63,954 bases of DNA from contig JAGCYY010000019.1 in the NCBI GenBank assembly GCA_017960565.1, positions 1 to 63,954 of the forward strand, read 5' to 3'. Each line of letters starts with the position of its first letter. Position 1 is the stretch's first letter. This document shows positions 46,258 to 57,031 of the stretch, in pieces. The notes under the pieces are model-generated. The model searched no databases and had not been told where the DNA came from. It saw only the letters and a list, made by a program, of their open reading frames with translations. The stretch comes from a bacterium. Lineage in GTDB: Bacteria > Bacillota_I > Bacilli_A > Izemoplasmatales > UBA1188. A program made the translations under genes and the position numbers.

Positions 46258-46290
46258 GGGATAGACTTTTTGTGTCTATCCTTTTTCTTT
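46258..46290. terminator. Bidirectional terminator between tRNA-Leu and clpB
   Basis: GGGATAGAC-tttttgt-GTCTATCC stem, followed by TTTTTCTTTTTT. Confidence 0.65.
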
Positions 46291-46291
46291 T

Positions 46292-48397
46292 TTATTTCAT
46301 TATTTTAATTTGATTATCTGATTCATCTAGAGTAGTTTTATCTCCTGGGATAATTTCACCTTTGATGATTGATTCAGCTAGAAGAGTTTCAATATTCTTT
46401 TGGATATATCTTTTTATTGGTCTTGCACCAAAAGTATCAGAATATGAATTATCGATTATGTAATCTTTAAGTTTTTCTGTATATGAAACAGTTATTCTTT
46501 TTTCGAGTAGATGATCTGATAATTCATTTAAGAGTTTATCTACTATTTTCTTACATACATCTTTAGTTAAAGCATTGAATGTGATGATTTCATCGATTCT
46601 ATTTAAGAATTCTGGTTTAAATGTTTGATGAAGTACTTTATCGATTAATTCATCTGTATCATCAGTTTTATTTAATAAATATTCTGAACCTAGATTAGAT
46701 GTCATAAAGATAATTGTGTTCTTAAAATCGACTGTACGTCCTTGCGAGTCTGTGATTCTTCCATCATCAAGAATTTGAAGGAGGAGATTGAAGACATCTG
46801 GATGTGCTTTTTCAATTTCATCAAAAAGAACGATTGAGTATGGATTCCTTCTTACTGCTTCTGTGAGCTGACCACCTTCTTCATAACCAACATAGCCAGG
46901 GGCTGCACCGATAAGACGTGATACTGAATATCTTTCCATATATTCACTCATATCGATTCTTACGATATGAGATTCAGAATCAAAAAGAACATCTGCGAGT
47001 GCTTTAGCGAGTTCTGTCTTACCAACACCAGTTGGACCAAGAGATAAGAATGAACCTATTGGTCTATTGGCATCTTTAATGCCTGCACGTTGTCTTAATA
47101 TTGCATCAGAAACTAAAGAGATAGCATTATCTTGGCCTATTACCCTTTCTTTTAGTTTTTCTTTTAAGTTCAATAGTTTTTCCTTATCTCCCAGTTTAAG
47201 CTTGCTTACGGGAATATTTGTCCATTTAGCGATGATTTCTGCGATCTTATCTTCATTTACTACTTCTGATAAGATTTTGTTTGGGTCATCGTTGATTTTT
47301 TCTAATTCTTTTTGAATAGATGGAATAATCGAGTACTGGAGTTCTGCAGCTTTGTCGTAGTTGCCATCTTGGAGGAAATTATCAAGTCTCATTTTGGCTT
47401 CTTCAAGTCTTTTTTGAAGGTCTTTAGTGTGAGCGATTTCTTGTTTCTCTATTTCCCATTTGGCTTTTAAATCATCGTTTTTCTTTTTAAGTTCTCTTAG
47501 TTCATTTAGAATTTTTTCTAGTCTTTCTAGTGAGATTTTATCTTTTTCTTTGGAAAGAGATACTCTTTCAATCTCAAGTTGCATTATACGTCTGCTTATT
47601 GATTCAATCTCTTCTGGATTAGATTCTAATTGAACTTTGATGGAAGCACAAGCTTCATCGACAAGGTCGATAGCTTTATCAGGAAGATATCTATCTGTGA
47701 TATATCTATTAGACATTGTGGCAGCTTCTACTAAGGCACTATCGGTGATTTTAACACCATGGAAGGCTTCAAAGCGTTCTTTTAAGCCTCTTAAGATTGA
47801 AATAGTGTCTTCAACAGTTGGTTCGTGAACTGTGACTTTTTGGAATCTTCGCTCAAGTGCTGCATCTTTTTCGATGTATATTCTATATTCATTGAGAGTT
47901 GTGGCACCAATGCAGTGGAGCTCACCACGAGCGAGCATTGGTTTGAGCATATTTGAAGCATCTAAGGCACCATCAGTTTTACCAGCTCCAACTATTAGGT
48001 GTAGTTCATCAATAAACATGATGATTTTTCCTTCTGATTCTTTTATTTTGTTTAAGACAGCTTTTAGTCTTTCTTCAAATTCGCCCCTATACATTGCGCC
48101 CGCAACCAAAGAAGCCATATCTAGTTCGAAAATGGTTTTGTCTTTTAGATTGTTTGGGACATCGTTTTTAACGATACGTTGTGCGAGGCCTTCTACTATC
48201 GCTGTTTTACCAACACCAGGTTCGCCGATTAAAACTGGGTTGTTTTTGGTTTTACGAGATAGAATCATAATTAATTGTGAGATTTCTTCATCTCTACCGA
48301 TAACTGGATCCATCTTGCCGTCTTTTGCCAGTTCATTTAGGTTTTTACCGAATTTTTTAAGGATATCTTTATCTTGACTGTAGTTTTGCATTTCCAT
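46292..48397 (-). CDS. clpB: ClpB-type AAA+ disaggregase lacking the N-terminal domain (701 aa)
   Basis: Starts directly before NBD1 (..[46 protein letters not shown]). Has a coiled-coil middle domain and NBD2 ([18 protein letters not shown]). Confidence 0.9.
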   Translation of the reverse strand: MEMQNYSQDKDILKKFGKNLNELAKDGKMDPVIGRDEEISQLIMILSRKTKNNPVLIGEPGVGKTAIVEGLAQRIVKNDVPNNLKDKTIFELDMASLVAGAMYRGEFEERLKAVLNKIKESEGKIIMFIDELHLIVGAGKTDGALDASNMLKPMLARGELHCIGATTLNEYRIYIEKDAALERRFQKVTVHEPTVEDTISILRGLKERFEAFHGVKITDSALVEAATMSNRYITDRYLPDKAIDLVDEACASIKVQLESNPEEIESISRRIMQLEIERVSLSKEKDKISLERLEKILNELRELKKKNDDLKAKWEIEKQEIAHTKDLQKRLEEAKMRLDNFLQDGNYDKAAELQYSIIPSIQKELEKINDDPNKILSEVVNEDKIAEIIAKWTNIPVSKLKLGDKEKLLNLKEKLKERVIGQDNAISLVSDAILRQRAGIKDANRPIGSFLSLGPTGVGKTELAKALADVLFDSESHIVRIDMSEYMERYSVSRLIGAAPGYVGYEEGGQLTEAVRRNPYSIVLFDEIEKAHPDVFNLLLQILDDGRITDSQGRTVDFKNTIIFMTSNLGSEYLLNKTDDTDELIDKVLHQTFKPEFLNRIDEIITFNALTKDVCKKIVDKLLNELSDHLLEKRITVSYTEKLKDYIIDNSYSDTFGARPIKRYIQKNIETLLAESIIKGEIIPGDKTTLDESDNQIKIMK

Positions 48398-48413
48398 ATT
48401 ATCACCTCTTTCT

Positions 48414-48440
48414 TTAGCACTCTACACTTTCAAGTGCTAA
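48414..48440. promoter_or_regulatory. CIRCE operator 1 (HrcA box)
   Basis: TTAGCACTC-tacactttc-AAGTGCTAA, versus the consensus TTAGCACTC-N9-GAGTGCTAA (1 mismatch). It lies between the -10 and the clpB RBS. Confidence 0.85.
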
Positions 48441-48443
48441 TAT

Positions 48444-48472
48444 ATTATAATATGAAAAACTAGCACTTGCAA
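48444..48472 (-). promoter_or_regulatory. clpB sigma-A promoter
   Basis: Minus strand: TTGCAA (48467..48472, inside CIRCE 2), a 17-nt spacer, then TATAAT (48444..48449). Confidence 0.65.
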
Positions 48473-48486
48473 GTACTAAGTGCTAA
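48460..48486. promoter_or_regulatory. CIRCE operator 2 (degenerate)
   Basis: On the minus strand TTAGCACTT-agtacttgc-AAGTGCTAG, with 9-nt spacing. It overlaps the -35. Confidence 0.7.
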
Positions 48487-48500
48487 TTTTAATAATTTCA

Positions 48501-49031
48501 TCACAAAAGTTTTTTAGAATAGAGTGGTGTATATGTTAGTACTCCATTTATTCTTTCTGATAAAAAGAGAGTGGTGTGATCAATTTTATCGTTAAAATGA
48601 GTGATTTTATTTTCTATAAGAGAGAGTGGTGTATTTAAAATTGTTTCTCTTGTGAGTGTGATATGAGGTCTAAATGGTTTTGAATCTACCATAAAACCAT
48701 TACTGATGAGAGATTTTACTAGAGCATTTCTTAATAAAATTAGTTCTTTTTCATAAACTACTTTTTGAGAAATAAGGCATTCAGGTCCTCTATTAAAGGA
48801 GATTAGAGATGTGACGCTAATATTATTTATATGAAAATTTAAGTTGTCCATAATAGATTTTAACGATGATATTTTTGCCTCATCTACTTCACCAAGAAAA
48901 GCGAGGGTAATATGAAAATTTTCTTCTCGTGATATTTTTGCTTTAGAAGAATATGTAGAAATTATATCTGCGTTATTTTTAAGAATGTTTTTATTTTCTT
49001 TTGAAAGCTCTAATGCAATAAATAGTCTCAT
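48501..49031 (-). CDS. thpR: RNA 2',3'-cyclic phosphodiesterase (2H phosphoesterase, ThpR/LigT)
   Basis: Two HxT motifs: FHITLAFLGEV and PHITLTRE. Confidence 0.8.
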   Translation of the reverse strand: MRLFIALELSKENKNILKNNADIISTYSSKAKISREENFHITLAFLGEVDEAKISSLKSIMDNLNFHINNISVTSLISFNRGPECLISQKVVYEKELILLRNALVKSLISNGFMVDSKPFRPHITLTRETILNTPLSLIENKITHFNDKIDHTTLFLSERINGVLTYTPLYSKKLL

Positions 49032-49057
49032 GGTGTACCTCCCATGAGACTATTCTA

Positions 49058-50395
49058 TCACGACTTTGATTCTTTCTGTATATTCTTCTTTTTGTTTGCA
49101 AATACGGCAATTAATATTGCAGATATAATAGCAACTACTATACCGGCATAGATGATATAGATATATGTCCTGGATTCTTCTGTCACCACTTCATCTGGAA
49201 CATTGAATTTTATCTCGTCTACAACCTTATCTCCAGCAAGAAGATAAAATGTATAGTTGCCTGGATTTTCTATTTTATAGCCAGAATCTATTGTGTTGCC
49301 ATTTAAAATTCCTGTGCCTGTGAATTTTAAAGTGTCGCCAACATTGAGAGAGTTATTTTCTATATGAGTTAAGAATTCTGGAAGGATGACAAATGATTTT
49401 TGTGTTGTATAACTATCGATACCTTTGATTTTTAAAATATAACTTCCTGGTTTATAAATAGTGCCATTTAGGTTTGCGCTCTCACCATTTATTTCTACAA
49501 GACCACCAGATACTTGGTATGAGACTGATTCCTTATAATATTCACCTTCCATATCTCCAAGAAGTTTTACAGAAGGGGAGAGAGTAATTGTCTTTTTCTC
49601 ATGATAACCATCTTCTAGGACATAAATACCAGGGTTTGAAAATATAGTGCCAATTGGATAGAAAACATCATTTACGATAGTGTCAGTATAAAGTTCAAAA
49701 TATCCTTCTATATCTTCACTTCTTTTGTATGAGTCTATTCTATTGAAATTGATATCAAAATAGGTATGATTATTTCTAGCATCTCTTAAATCAATTACAT
49801 CATAAGCAACTGATAATGTAATTTCTGAGTTAGCTGTTTCAACAGATGAAATGATATTCAAATCTTTATCCATCGAATGAACAACATAAAGGCCATTATA
49901 GGTGATGCCGTTAAATGTTCCATTATATAGTTCTGTCACAATAAGATTATCAGCACCAAACTCCATCATCGATGTATAATATGGAGTATTTCCAATGTCT
50001 TCACGCAAATCAAATCGAATAATAGATTCAGATAAATCTTTATTCATTCTAATGATATATGGTTTATATGCATCTTTACTATAGGTATCGATTTCTCTAT
50101 AGGCTGCACCATAAAGAAAATAATAAGATGTTGATTCAAAGAAATTCACATAGGCGAATGCTTTACCATCAATGTTTAAATAAAGTGCTTTGCCATCATT
50201 TAAAACAACACGATACAATGTCTCTGTAGTCTTTTTCTGAAGTTTTATATTATCTCCATTTCTTGTATCAACATTGATATATTCGCCAGTTGTTTTTTTA
50301 AATAAGATCCAACCTGTGTTATCAATCGCTTTTGCATTTGGCACTGAAAAAGTGAAAATTAATAATAAAAATAGAATTAAAATGTATTTTTTCAT
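49058..50395 (-). CDS. Secreted, C-terminally membrane-anchored protein of unknown function
   Basis: Signal peptide MKKYILILFLLLIFTFSVPNAKA. C-terminal TM YIYIIYAGIVVAIISAILIAVF followed by KKKN. Confidence 0.7.
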   Translation of the reverse strand: MKKYILILFLLLIFTFSVPNAKAIDNTGWILFKKTTGEYINVDTRNGDNIKLQKKTTETLYRVVLNDGKALYLNIDGKAFAYVNFFESTSYYFLYGAAYREIDTYSKDAYKPYIIRMNKDLSESIIRFDLREDIGNTPYYTSMMEFGADNLIVTELYNGTFNGITYNGLYVVHSMDKDLNIISSVETANSEITLSVAYDVIDLRDARNNHTYFDINFNRIDSYKRSEDIEGYFELYTDTIVNDVFYPIGTIFSNPGIYVLEDGYHEKKTITLSPSVKLLGDMEGEYYKESVSYQVSGGLVEINGESANLNGTIYKPGSYILKIKGIDSYTTQKSFVILPEFLTHIENNSLNVGDTLKFTGTGILNGNTIDSGYKIENPGNYTFYLLAGDKVVDEIKFNVPDEVVTEESRTYIYIIYAGIVVAIISAILIAVFANKKKNIQKESKS

Positions 50396-50445
50396 AAAAA
50401 CACCTCCGAAAGTATAAATACTTGGGAGGTGTCTAATTTGTTTAA

Positions 50446-51636
50446 TTATTCACTTATGATTCTTAGTGTATCCCTTGCGATTACTAATTCTTCATTTGTT
50501 GGGATTACCCAAACATCAATTTTAGAGTTCTTAGTAGAAATTCTAAATGGGTGACCACGATCAAGATTTAATTTCTCATCGATTTCCACACCAAGAATTT
50601 TTAACCTAGTGCAAACACGAGAACGCATTGTTTCAGAATTTTCACCAATACCTGCGGTGAAAATTATTGCATCACAGCCTTCAAGATAAACATAATATGA
50701 TGCGATATAGTCAACGATTCTCTTTTCTTGAATGTCGAGAGCGAGTTTAGCTTTCTTGTCTCCATTGAGACAAGCTTTTTCTAGATCTCTAGCATCGTTT
50801 GAAATTTCAGATACACCAAGATATCCACTCTTTTTGTTTAATTCTTGAACAACGGTATAAGCATCTTTGTTTTCTTTTTGTGAAATATAAGAAACAACTG
50901 TTGGGTCGATGTTGCCGGTACGAGTTCCCATTGGAACACCTTCAAGTGGAGTAAGGCCCATTGATGTGTCTTTACATCTACCATATTCAACAGCACAAAG
51001 TGATGCACCGTTACCAATGTGACAGGTAATTATTTTGAGATTCTTAATATCTTTGTTTGTGAGTCTTGCATATTCATTCGCAACAAACTGATGGCTTGTG
51101 CCATGAGCGCCATATTTTCTAATACCATATTCATTGTACCAATAATATGGGATAGAATACATGAAAGCTTCTTCTTTCATTCCTTGATGGAATGCAGTAT
51201 CAAACACAACAACTTGTTTAACATTTGGTAGCGCTTTTTCAAAAGCGTGAATACCAATTAAATGGGCTTTATTGTGAAGAGGTGCAAGGTCAATCAATTC
51301 CTCAATTCTTGCCTTAGACCATTCGTTAACTAAGCAGGATTCGCTGAAGTATTTACCACCTTGGACAATTCTGTGACCAACACCTTTGATTTCATCAAGA
51401 CTAGAAATGATATTTTTATCAATTAAGTCTTTTAATAGATGTTCGGCAGCGACACTATGATCTGGAAGCAATAAAGATGATTCATATTTTTCATCATTTA
51501 CTTTAATCTTATATGTGCCCATTTCTTTAAAACCTATACGTTCAAATTGGCCTTCTGTGATTACGGTTTCTTCAGGCATTTCAAAAAGTTTAAATTTTAA
51601 ACTTGATGAGCCACAGTTGATTGACATTATTTTCAT
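50446..51636 (-). CDS. ackA: Acetate kinase
   Basis: MKIMSINCGSSSLKFKLF, ..GHRIVQGG.. and TCHIGNGASL motifs. Confidence 0.9.
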   Translation of the reverse strand: MKIMSINCGSSSLKFKLFEMPEETVITEGQFERIGFKEMGTYKIKVNDEKYESSLLLPDHSVAAEHLLKDLIDKNIISSLDEIKGVGHRIVQGGKYFSESCLVNEWSKARIEELIDLAPLHNKAHLIGIHAFEKALPNVKQVVVFDTAFHQGMKEEAFMYSIPYYWYNEYGIRKYGAHGTSHQFVANEYARLTNKDIKNLKIITCHIGNGASLCAVEYGRCKDTSMGLTPLEGVPMGTRTGNIDPTVVSYISQKENKDAYTVVQELNKKSGYLGVSEISNDARDLEKACLNGDKKAKLALDIQEKRIVDYIASYYVYLEGCDAIIFTAGIGENSETMRSRVCTRLKILGVEIDEKLNLDRGHPFRISTKNSKIDVWVIPTNEELVIARDTLRIISE

Positions 51637-52560
51637 TTAATTTTCTCCTAAGTACTCATTTATATATTTTTTTAGTTCATCCATTACTTGGAAATTACTT
51701 TCAATGTCTTTGATGCTTGGCATAGAAACATGAAAGAACTCCTTGTTTATTGTATCCTTTTTTTCTAAAATTACAATACTAGATTTAATTAAACCTTCTA
51801 ATATGTCTTCAGGATACTCGATAATTCCAATCAATACTAGAGAATGTTTTTCAAGAGAATCTGAAAATACTCTATCTCTAATGTATTCTGTTGGAAGTGT
51901 GACAATCATAAAACTATGATTGTTTAGATATTCTGTATAGTCTTCGAAAAAGACAAGAATATCTTCTATCTTTCTTAAAAACGGGTCGGAAACGATGATA
52001 TCAGCTCTAAATGAAAGAGATGGAAGAACATCTTGAATAGTATATTTAGAGCGTGATAAAGTTCTTAGACTTTTCGCAAGTCTTAGTTCTTCTGGTTTAA
52101 CCACTGTCACATAAAGATCTTTTGGTTCTATGTGTTCGCTTAAAGCGAGAGCTAGGGCCAGGTTTCCGATATTGCCATTTGCGTTTAAGATATTATTGTG
52201 GTCGTAATTTAGATTAGATGCAATAGCATCTGTGATAGTTCTTAAATACTGAAGTGGCAGTTCTAGAGTAACATTGACTGTGTAGCTTTCTAGGTCTCTT
52301 AGGCTTAGGAGATATGATTCGCTAAAAGCTCTTCTCATCTCATAAGGGTCATAAGAAATAGTTTTAAATTTGTTGAAATAGGTTTCTATTGTTTCATTCG
52401 CTTCACTAGAAAGACTCTGAAAATATGGAAGTGTCTTTAGTGAGAAAATATAGGTTGCAACAATAAAAGCGTTTTGCAGTGTTGTATCGAAGATACCCTG
52501 ACATTCATCTGTAAAATCAGCAAATAGGTTTTTAATGATTAGTGTTGTATCTTTATCCAT
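51637..52560 (-). CDS. Hypothetical protein, possibly YtxK-like methyltransferase-fold protein
   Basis: It sits directly upstream of ackA, as ytxK does in Bacillus. DIIVSDPF resembles MTase motif IV. The functional assignment is weak. Confidence 0.4.
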   Translation of the reverse strand: MDKDTTLIIKNLFADFTDECQGIFDTTLQNAFIVATYIFSLKTLPYFQSLSSEANETIETYFNKFKTISYDPYEMRRAFSESYLLSLRDLESYTVNVTLELPLQYLRTITDAIASNLNYDHNNILNANGNIGNLALALALSEHIEPKDLYVTVVKPEELRLAKSLRTLSRSKYTIQDVLPSLSFRADIIVSDPFLRKIEDILVFFEDYTEYLNNHSFMIVTLPTEYIRDRVFSDSLEKHSLVLIGIIEYPEDILEGLIKSSIVILEKKDTINKEFFHVSMPSIKDIESNFQVMDELKKYINEYLGEN

Positions 52561-52562
52561 TT

Positions 52563-53498
52563 TTATAGATATTTAGCTAAAAAGTCTAGCACAGATCTCT
52601 TGTATTCTTCTTGATGTGTGAATAAACTTCTTGCGTGTTCAGCTCCTTCATATATTTTTATATCTTTTTGAGAACCACAAGCTTCATAATTTTCAAGTCC
52701 CATATATGTTGGAACAAATGAATCTTCTTTTCCATGGATAAATAGGACAGGAACTCTTGATTTTTTTAAGCAAGCTCTAGCATCGATATCTTTAAAACTG
52801 AAATGACAAACCATGATGTTTATAATATTGGCAAAAAACAAGAAGAATTGTGGAATGTGGAACTGTTCCTTCATCATGAATCTAAATTGTTCATAGCAAG
52901 ATGTAAAACCACAGTCATCAATTATGCATTTGACTTGTGTTGGAACCTTATCTGAAACATTTGCGACTGTGTTTCCACCCATAGAAATGCCAAATAAAGC
53001 TATTTCAGAATCTTCTCCATTTCTTTCGATGATATAATCTATCCATTTAAGAAGATCTTTATAATCTTCGATACCATATGTTGTATATTTACCTTCACTC
53101 TTGCCGTAACTTCTAAGATCAATAAATAAAATATTGTAGTTAAAATCGATTAGCCAGTGTGAAAATTCAGGAGCTGTGAAAAAACCATTTCCAAGATATC
53201 CGTGAACACTTATGATTGTTTTTGAAGTCTTTGATGAGGCATGTTTATAGTATGCATGAAGAGTGAGACCATCGTAAGATTTTATTTCTACATCTTCTGA
53301 TGGCATTTCTTCTAGGGTGTTAAGAGCTCTTAGATGATATTGATAGAATTCTGTTTCATCCTTTCTCTCAGCATATCTATTTATATATTTTTCAGGGGCT
53401 GGAGTTGGAACTGCTTTATACCAAAGAACAAAGCCAATAACAAAACAAACGATAATGAATGTTAATAATAAGCCTAATGCTGTCCATAAGATCCACAT
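52563..53498 (-). CDS. Alpha/beta hydrolase with N-terminal TM anchor
   Basis: GISMGG nucleophile elbow and an N-terminal hydrophobic helix. Confidence 0.75.
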   Translation of the reverse strand: MWILWTALGLLLTFIIVCFVIGFVLWYKAVPTPAPEKYINRYAERKDETEFYQYHLRALNTLEEMPSEDVEIKSYDGLTLHAYYKHASSKTSKTIISVHGYLGNGFFTAPEFSHWLIDFNYNILFIDLRSYGKSEGKYTTYGIEDYKDLLKWIDYIIERNGEDSEIALFGISMGGNTVANVSDKVPTQVKCIIDDCGFTSCYEQFRFMMKEQFHIPQFFLFFANIINIMVCHFSFKDIDARACLKKSRVPVLFIHGKEDSFVPTYMGLENYEACGSQKDIKIYEGAEHARSLFTHQEEYKRSVLDFLAKYL

Positions 53499-53542
53499 AT
53501 ATATGTTCCTCCTAAATATTATTTTTGTGCTAAAATAAAAAC

Positions 53543-53776
53543 ATGAATAAGTTAATGATTAAATGGATTAGAAGTTACCAAGAAAGAACTAAATATTCGC
53601 ATAAAACTTGTAAGTATATGCCAACCTGTAGTGAATATGCAGTTGATGCATATATGAACTACAATTTTTTCTATGCTTCTATTCTCGTAGTATGGAGAAT
53701 ACTTAGATGTAATCCATTTAGTAAAGGTGGGTATGATCCAATTCCAAAATATAAAGATAAGAATTGGAAAAAGTGA
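53543..53776 (+). CDS. yidD: Membrane protein insertion efficiency factor YidD
   Basis: [31 protein letters not shown]. The stop is TGA. Confidence 0.85.
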   Translation: MNKLMIKWIRSYQERTKYSHKTCKYMPTCSEYAVDAYMNYNFFYASILVVWRILRCNPFSKGGYDPIPKYKDKNWKK

Positions 53777-53779
53777 TAA

Positions 53780-54928
53780 TTAAAGATATTTTTTAAGATC
53801 TGAGACTTTATTTAGGTTTTCCCATGGGAAACCTTTTTCTTTTCTTCCAAAGTGACCGTAGCAACTTGTTTCTTTATAGATTGGAGATTGAAGATTTAAA
53901 GTTTTGATAATCCCAGAAGGGGTTAAATCAAATTCTTTTTTGATGATATCGACTAGTTTGTCATCAGATAATACTCCAGTGCCAAAAGTATTTGCATAAA
54001 TAGATATAGGTTCAGAAACACCAATTGCATAAGAGATTTGGATTTCAGCTTTTTTAGCAAGACCGCTTGCAACAATGTTTTTAGCAACATATCTTAACAT
54101 ATAGCTAGCGCTTCTATCGACTTTGGTAGGATCCTTTCCTGAGAAAGAACCTCCACCATTTCTTGCATATCCTCCATATGTGTCAGTAATATTCTTTCTT
54201 CCTGTGAGGCCTGTATCTCCTGCAGGACCACCAATTACGAATCTTCCAGTCGGATTGACAAGAATTTTTGTGTTAGAGTCTAAAAGTGATTTTGGGATAG
54301 TTTTTAAAATAACTTCATCTATGATATCTTTTTTGATTAAATCTTCACTTACGTCTTCATTATGTTGACAAGAAACTAGAATAGTATCTATTCTTTGTGG
54401 CTTACCATCATCATATTCAATTGAGACTTGAGTTTTTCCATCAGGTCTAAGATATGAAAGAATATTATGTTTCCTAACATAGGTTAGTCTCATAGCAAGA
54501 TTTTGAGCTAAAACTTCACCAAGAGGCATAAATTCTTCTGTTTCGTTAGATGCGAAGCCGAACATAATGCCTTGATCACCGGCTCCAAGAGTTTTATTTT
54601 CGTTTTCATCAACGCCTTGTGCAATATCTGGCGATTGCTTATCAATTGCGAGTTGAACTTTCATTGTGTCATAGGAGAATTGATATTCTGGCTTAGTATA
54701 ACCAATCTCCTTAACTGTGTCACGAGCAATTTTTTCGTAATCCACTTTTCCGTTTGATGTGATTTGACCGAAAATAAAAACTAAATTTGTTGAGGTAACT
54801 ACCTCACAAGCAACACGTGAATTAGCGTCCTGCTTGATAAGTTCATCAAGGATAGAATCGGCTATTCTATCCGCGATTTTGTCTGGGTGACCTTCCGTCA
54901 CCGCTTCGCTTGTAAAAATATATTTCAT
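53780..54928 (-). CDS. metK: S-adenosylmethionine synthetase
   Basis: [32 protein letters not shown] and [16 protein letters not shown] motifs. Confidence 0.95.
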   Translation of the reverse strand: MKYIFTSEAVTEGHPDKIADRIADSILDELIKQDANSRVACEVVTSTNLVFIFGQITSNGKVDYEKIARDTVKEIGYTKPEYQFSYDTMKVQLAIDKQSPDIAQGVDENENKTLGAGDQGIMFGFASNETEEFMPLGEVLAQNLAMRLTYVRKHNILSYLRPDGKTQVSIEYDDGKPQRIDTILVSCQHNEDVSEDLIKKDIIDEVILKTIPKSLLDSNTKILVNPTGRFVIGGPAGDTGLTGRKNITDTYGGYARNGGGSFSGKDPTKVDRSASYMLRYVAKNIVASGLAKKAEIQISYAIGVSEPISIYANTFGTGVLSDDKLVDIIKKEFDLTPSGIIKTLNLQSPIYKETSCYGHFGRKEKGFPWENLNKVSDLKKYL

Positions 54929-54937
54929 TTTGTCTCC

Positions 54938-56371
54938 TTATGCCCTATCGTGAGCTATTTGTATTTCGTGATTGAATTTTACGAATCTTATAACGAGGTT
55001 ATGTTCGAAAAGACCATTTAAGCCATTTTCTATTATTTCAATAGCACGTTCATGCGTTAAAGATTTTTTGTAGCTTGTATCAGAACGTAAAATACAATAT
55101 ATTTCTGAAAGCAAGATTATGTTTTGGTTGTAGTCCGAAGGATATAATGACATCTTGTCAATAAAACGTCTATCAAGAAGACCTTGAAAATATCTATAGA
55201 CTATATCATCAGCTTTTTTTGAAAGTTGTAGGCGCTTGATGATTACAGTCGCCAATTTGGTTTTTTCAAGAACATAATCAAAGTTGTCTTGATTAATTTC
55301 TGTGATTCCAGAAAGATCAAGTTCAGAAAGTTTTTCAGCATGTACTGTAGCATTGTATCCAATTTCCATGACTGTTGAAACTGAGAAATTCATCGCAAGA
55401 GCGAGTTCTTTAGCGACCGCAGATACTTTAAATGAAGAAAGTCTTAGTGAATATTGATCTTGTGATATATCATATACTTTGACTGCTTCAAATACACTAT
55501 CAACGACATCTTTGAAGTTTGCTTCAACGCCAACTCTTCTTTTGAATTCTTGTTTTCTTTCTTCTGAAATGAAATGAAAGACTGATGCAGAAATGTATAA
55601 TGCAATAAAGAATACTAAAAACACAAAGGTTCTTAAGCCGATATCAAGAAGAATTCGATAATTTCCTGATACAATAAATTGCCATAGTTCAGTTGCGCTA
55701 GATGCATGCGAATAGAGTTCAGGATGCAGTAGCGTTAAATGAATTACAGTTAGGATTATCAAAACCCAGAAAAACATTGCTTTAAGTAATTTAGTGTCTT
55801 GATATAAAGACATAATTACTAGTGTTAGGTAGATTAAAATATATGATGTTTGTGTTATTGAAAATTCTATATTTGTTAATCCTGGGTTGTCAGTATCTAA
55901 GATAGTAAAACCAAGATAAACTCTAATATAGAGAACAATGGATAGAATAAAAACAAATAGAGATTGAAGATACATTATCAACTGTTGATGACTGAAATCA
56001 TCTCTCTTTCTTTTCAACATTTGATAAATTGTCTGCGAAAGAGCGGTCATTATTAGCCAGAAAGCAATTGATATAATAAGATTAGATTTTGAGATACCAA
56101 CTAGTGAAAATAGCAAGAATACGAGGTTTGCGAGAAAAATAATGTTCCTTATAACATAGTTTTTTCTATATAAAACGCTTGTTGGGTTTGTTAGATCGAT
56201 ATCAGCATCAAAACTAAACATTTTAATAAAGAATCGAGATATTTTTGTATCTTTTCTTCTAATATTTTCATAATGCTGATTGGATGGAATTTTTTTGTAG
56301 TTTTTCTTCTTCACTTCATAATCTGAAGAAGATCCCTTAAAAAAATCCTCTAAAGACTTTTCTTCATCCAT
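54938..56371 (-). CDS. Polytopic membrane protein with C-terminal degenerate HD-GYP-like domain
   Basis: About 7 TM segments. The C-terminal ..IILLSEIYCILRSDTSYKKSLTHERAIEIIENGLNGLFEHNLVIRFVK resembles the distal half of HD-GYP domains. I see no clear HD/GYP residues. Confidence 0.4.
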   Translation of the reverse strand: MDEEKSLEDFFKGSSSDYEVKKKNYKKIPSNQHYENIRRKDTKISRFFIKMFSFDADIDLTNPTSVLYRKNYVIRNIIFLANLVFLLFSLVGISKSNLIISIAFWLIMTALSQTIYQMLKRKRDDFSHQQLIMYLQSLFVFILSIVLYIRVYLGFTILDTDNPGLTNIEFSITQTSYILIYLTLVIMSLYQDTKLLKAMFFWVLIILTVIHLTLLHPELYSHASSATELWQFIVSGNYRILLDIGLRTFVFLVFFIALYISASVFHFISEERKQEFKRRVGVEANFKDVVDSVFEAVKVYDISQDQYSLRLSSFKVSAVAKELALAMNFSVSTVMEIGYNATVHAEKLSELDLSGITEINQDNFDYVLEKTKLATVIIKRLQLSKKADDIVYRYFQGLLDRRFIDKMSLYPSDYNQNIILLSEIYCILRSDTSYKKSLTHERAIEIIENGLNGLFEHNLVIRFVKFNHEIQIAHDRA

Positions 56372-56376
56372 CTGGA

Positions 56377-56907
56377 TTATTTGTGTGTCTCCTTTTCTTT
56401 ATAGATTTGAGCAACTCTAGTTGAAGCGCAAGCCGCGATTGCTCCTACTATGTCATCAAGGAAAGTATGGCATTTGTTTGGAAGTTTTCCATCTTCATTC
56501 AAGTCATTTATTTTTTTAGGCTTATTTACATCAATATCACCAAAGTTAGTTTTACCTATGATGCCATAATTACCAGCGAGTTCTAAGCCTAACAATTCAT
56601 CTATACCAAAAAGGCCTAAATCTGATTTAATTACAGCTTGAATTGGGTATGATAGCATTTCTTTTTCAGCAAGTTCATCGATTTCAATGCCTAGTTGAAT
56701 AATATGAAAAGCATCAGCATATGACAAAATCTTTTTTGTGCTTTCAACAACTATATTGTAATCGATGTTTTTGGTAAAACGCGATTGTTGCTTAAAAGCG
56801 ATATCGGCAATATCATTGACAGTAACGCCACGCGATTCCAGCCTTTCTCTGTTCAACTCATACATTTCTTCTCTAGAAAAGATATTCTTTTTCTTGTCAA
56901 TCTCCAT
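56377..56907 (-). CDS. PgpA-family (YutG-like) phosphatidylglycerophosphatase A domain protein
   Basis: ..LELAGNYGIIGKTNFGDID..CHTFLDDIVGAIAAC.. fits the soluble PgpA-like family. Confidence 0.55.
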   Translation of the reverse strand: MEIDKKKNIFSREEMYELNRERLESRGVTVNDIADIAFKQQSRFTKNIDYNIVVESTKKILSYADAFHIIQLGIEIDELAEKEMLSYPIQAVIKSDLGLFGIDELLGLELAGNYGIIGKTNFGDIDVNKPKKINDLNEDGKLPNKCHTFLDDIVGAIAACASTRVAQIYKEKETHK

Positions 56908-57031
56908 ATATTTATCTCCTTTATCTTAAAGTTATTTTAACATAAAATTAGTTAAAATAAATATGCTATATGAGAAATAAAAAAGAAAAAACCAAAAAAG
57001 TGGTTTTTTCACTTTTTTGTTTATATAAAAA

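Noticed and set aside
47832-48377. A 181-aa plus-strand ORF inside clpB. Many similar 60-110-aa ORFs lie antisense to well-supported genes (e.g. 33570..33896, 33953..34264, 26781..27104, 18436..18744, 13391..13642).
   Set aside because: They lie entirely inside, and antisense to, genes with strong family motifs. They have no RBS. Their S/L/F/I-rich low-complexity composition is what is expected from reading AT-rich genes backwards.
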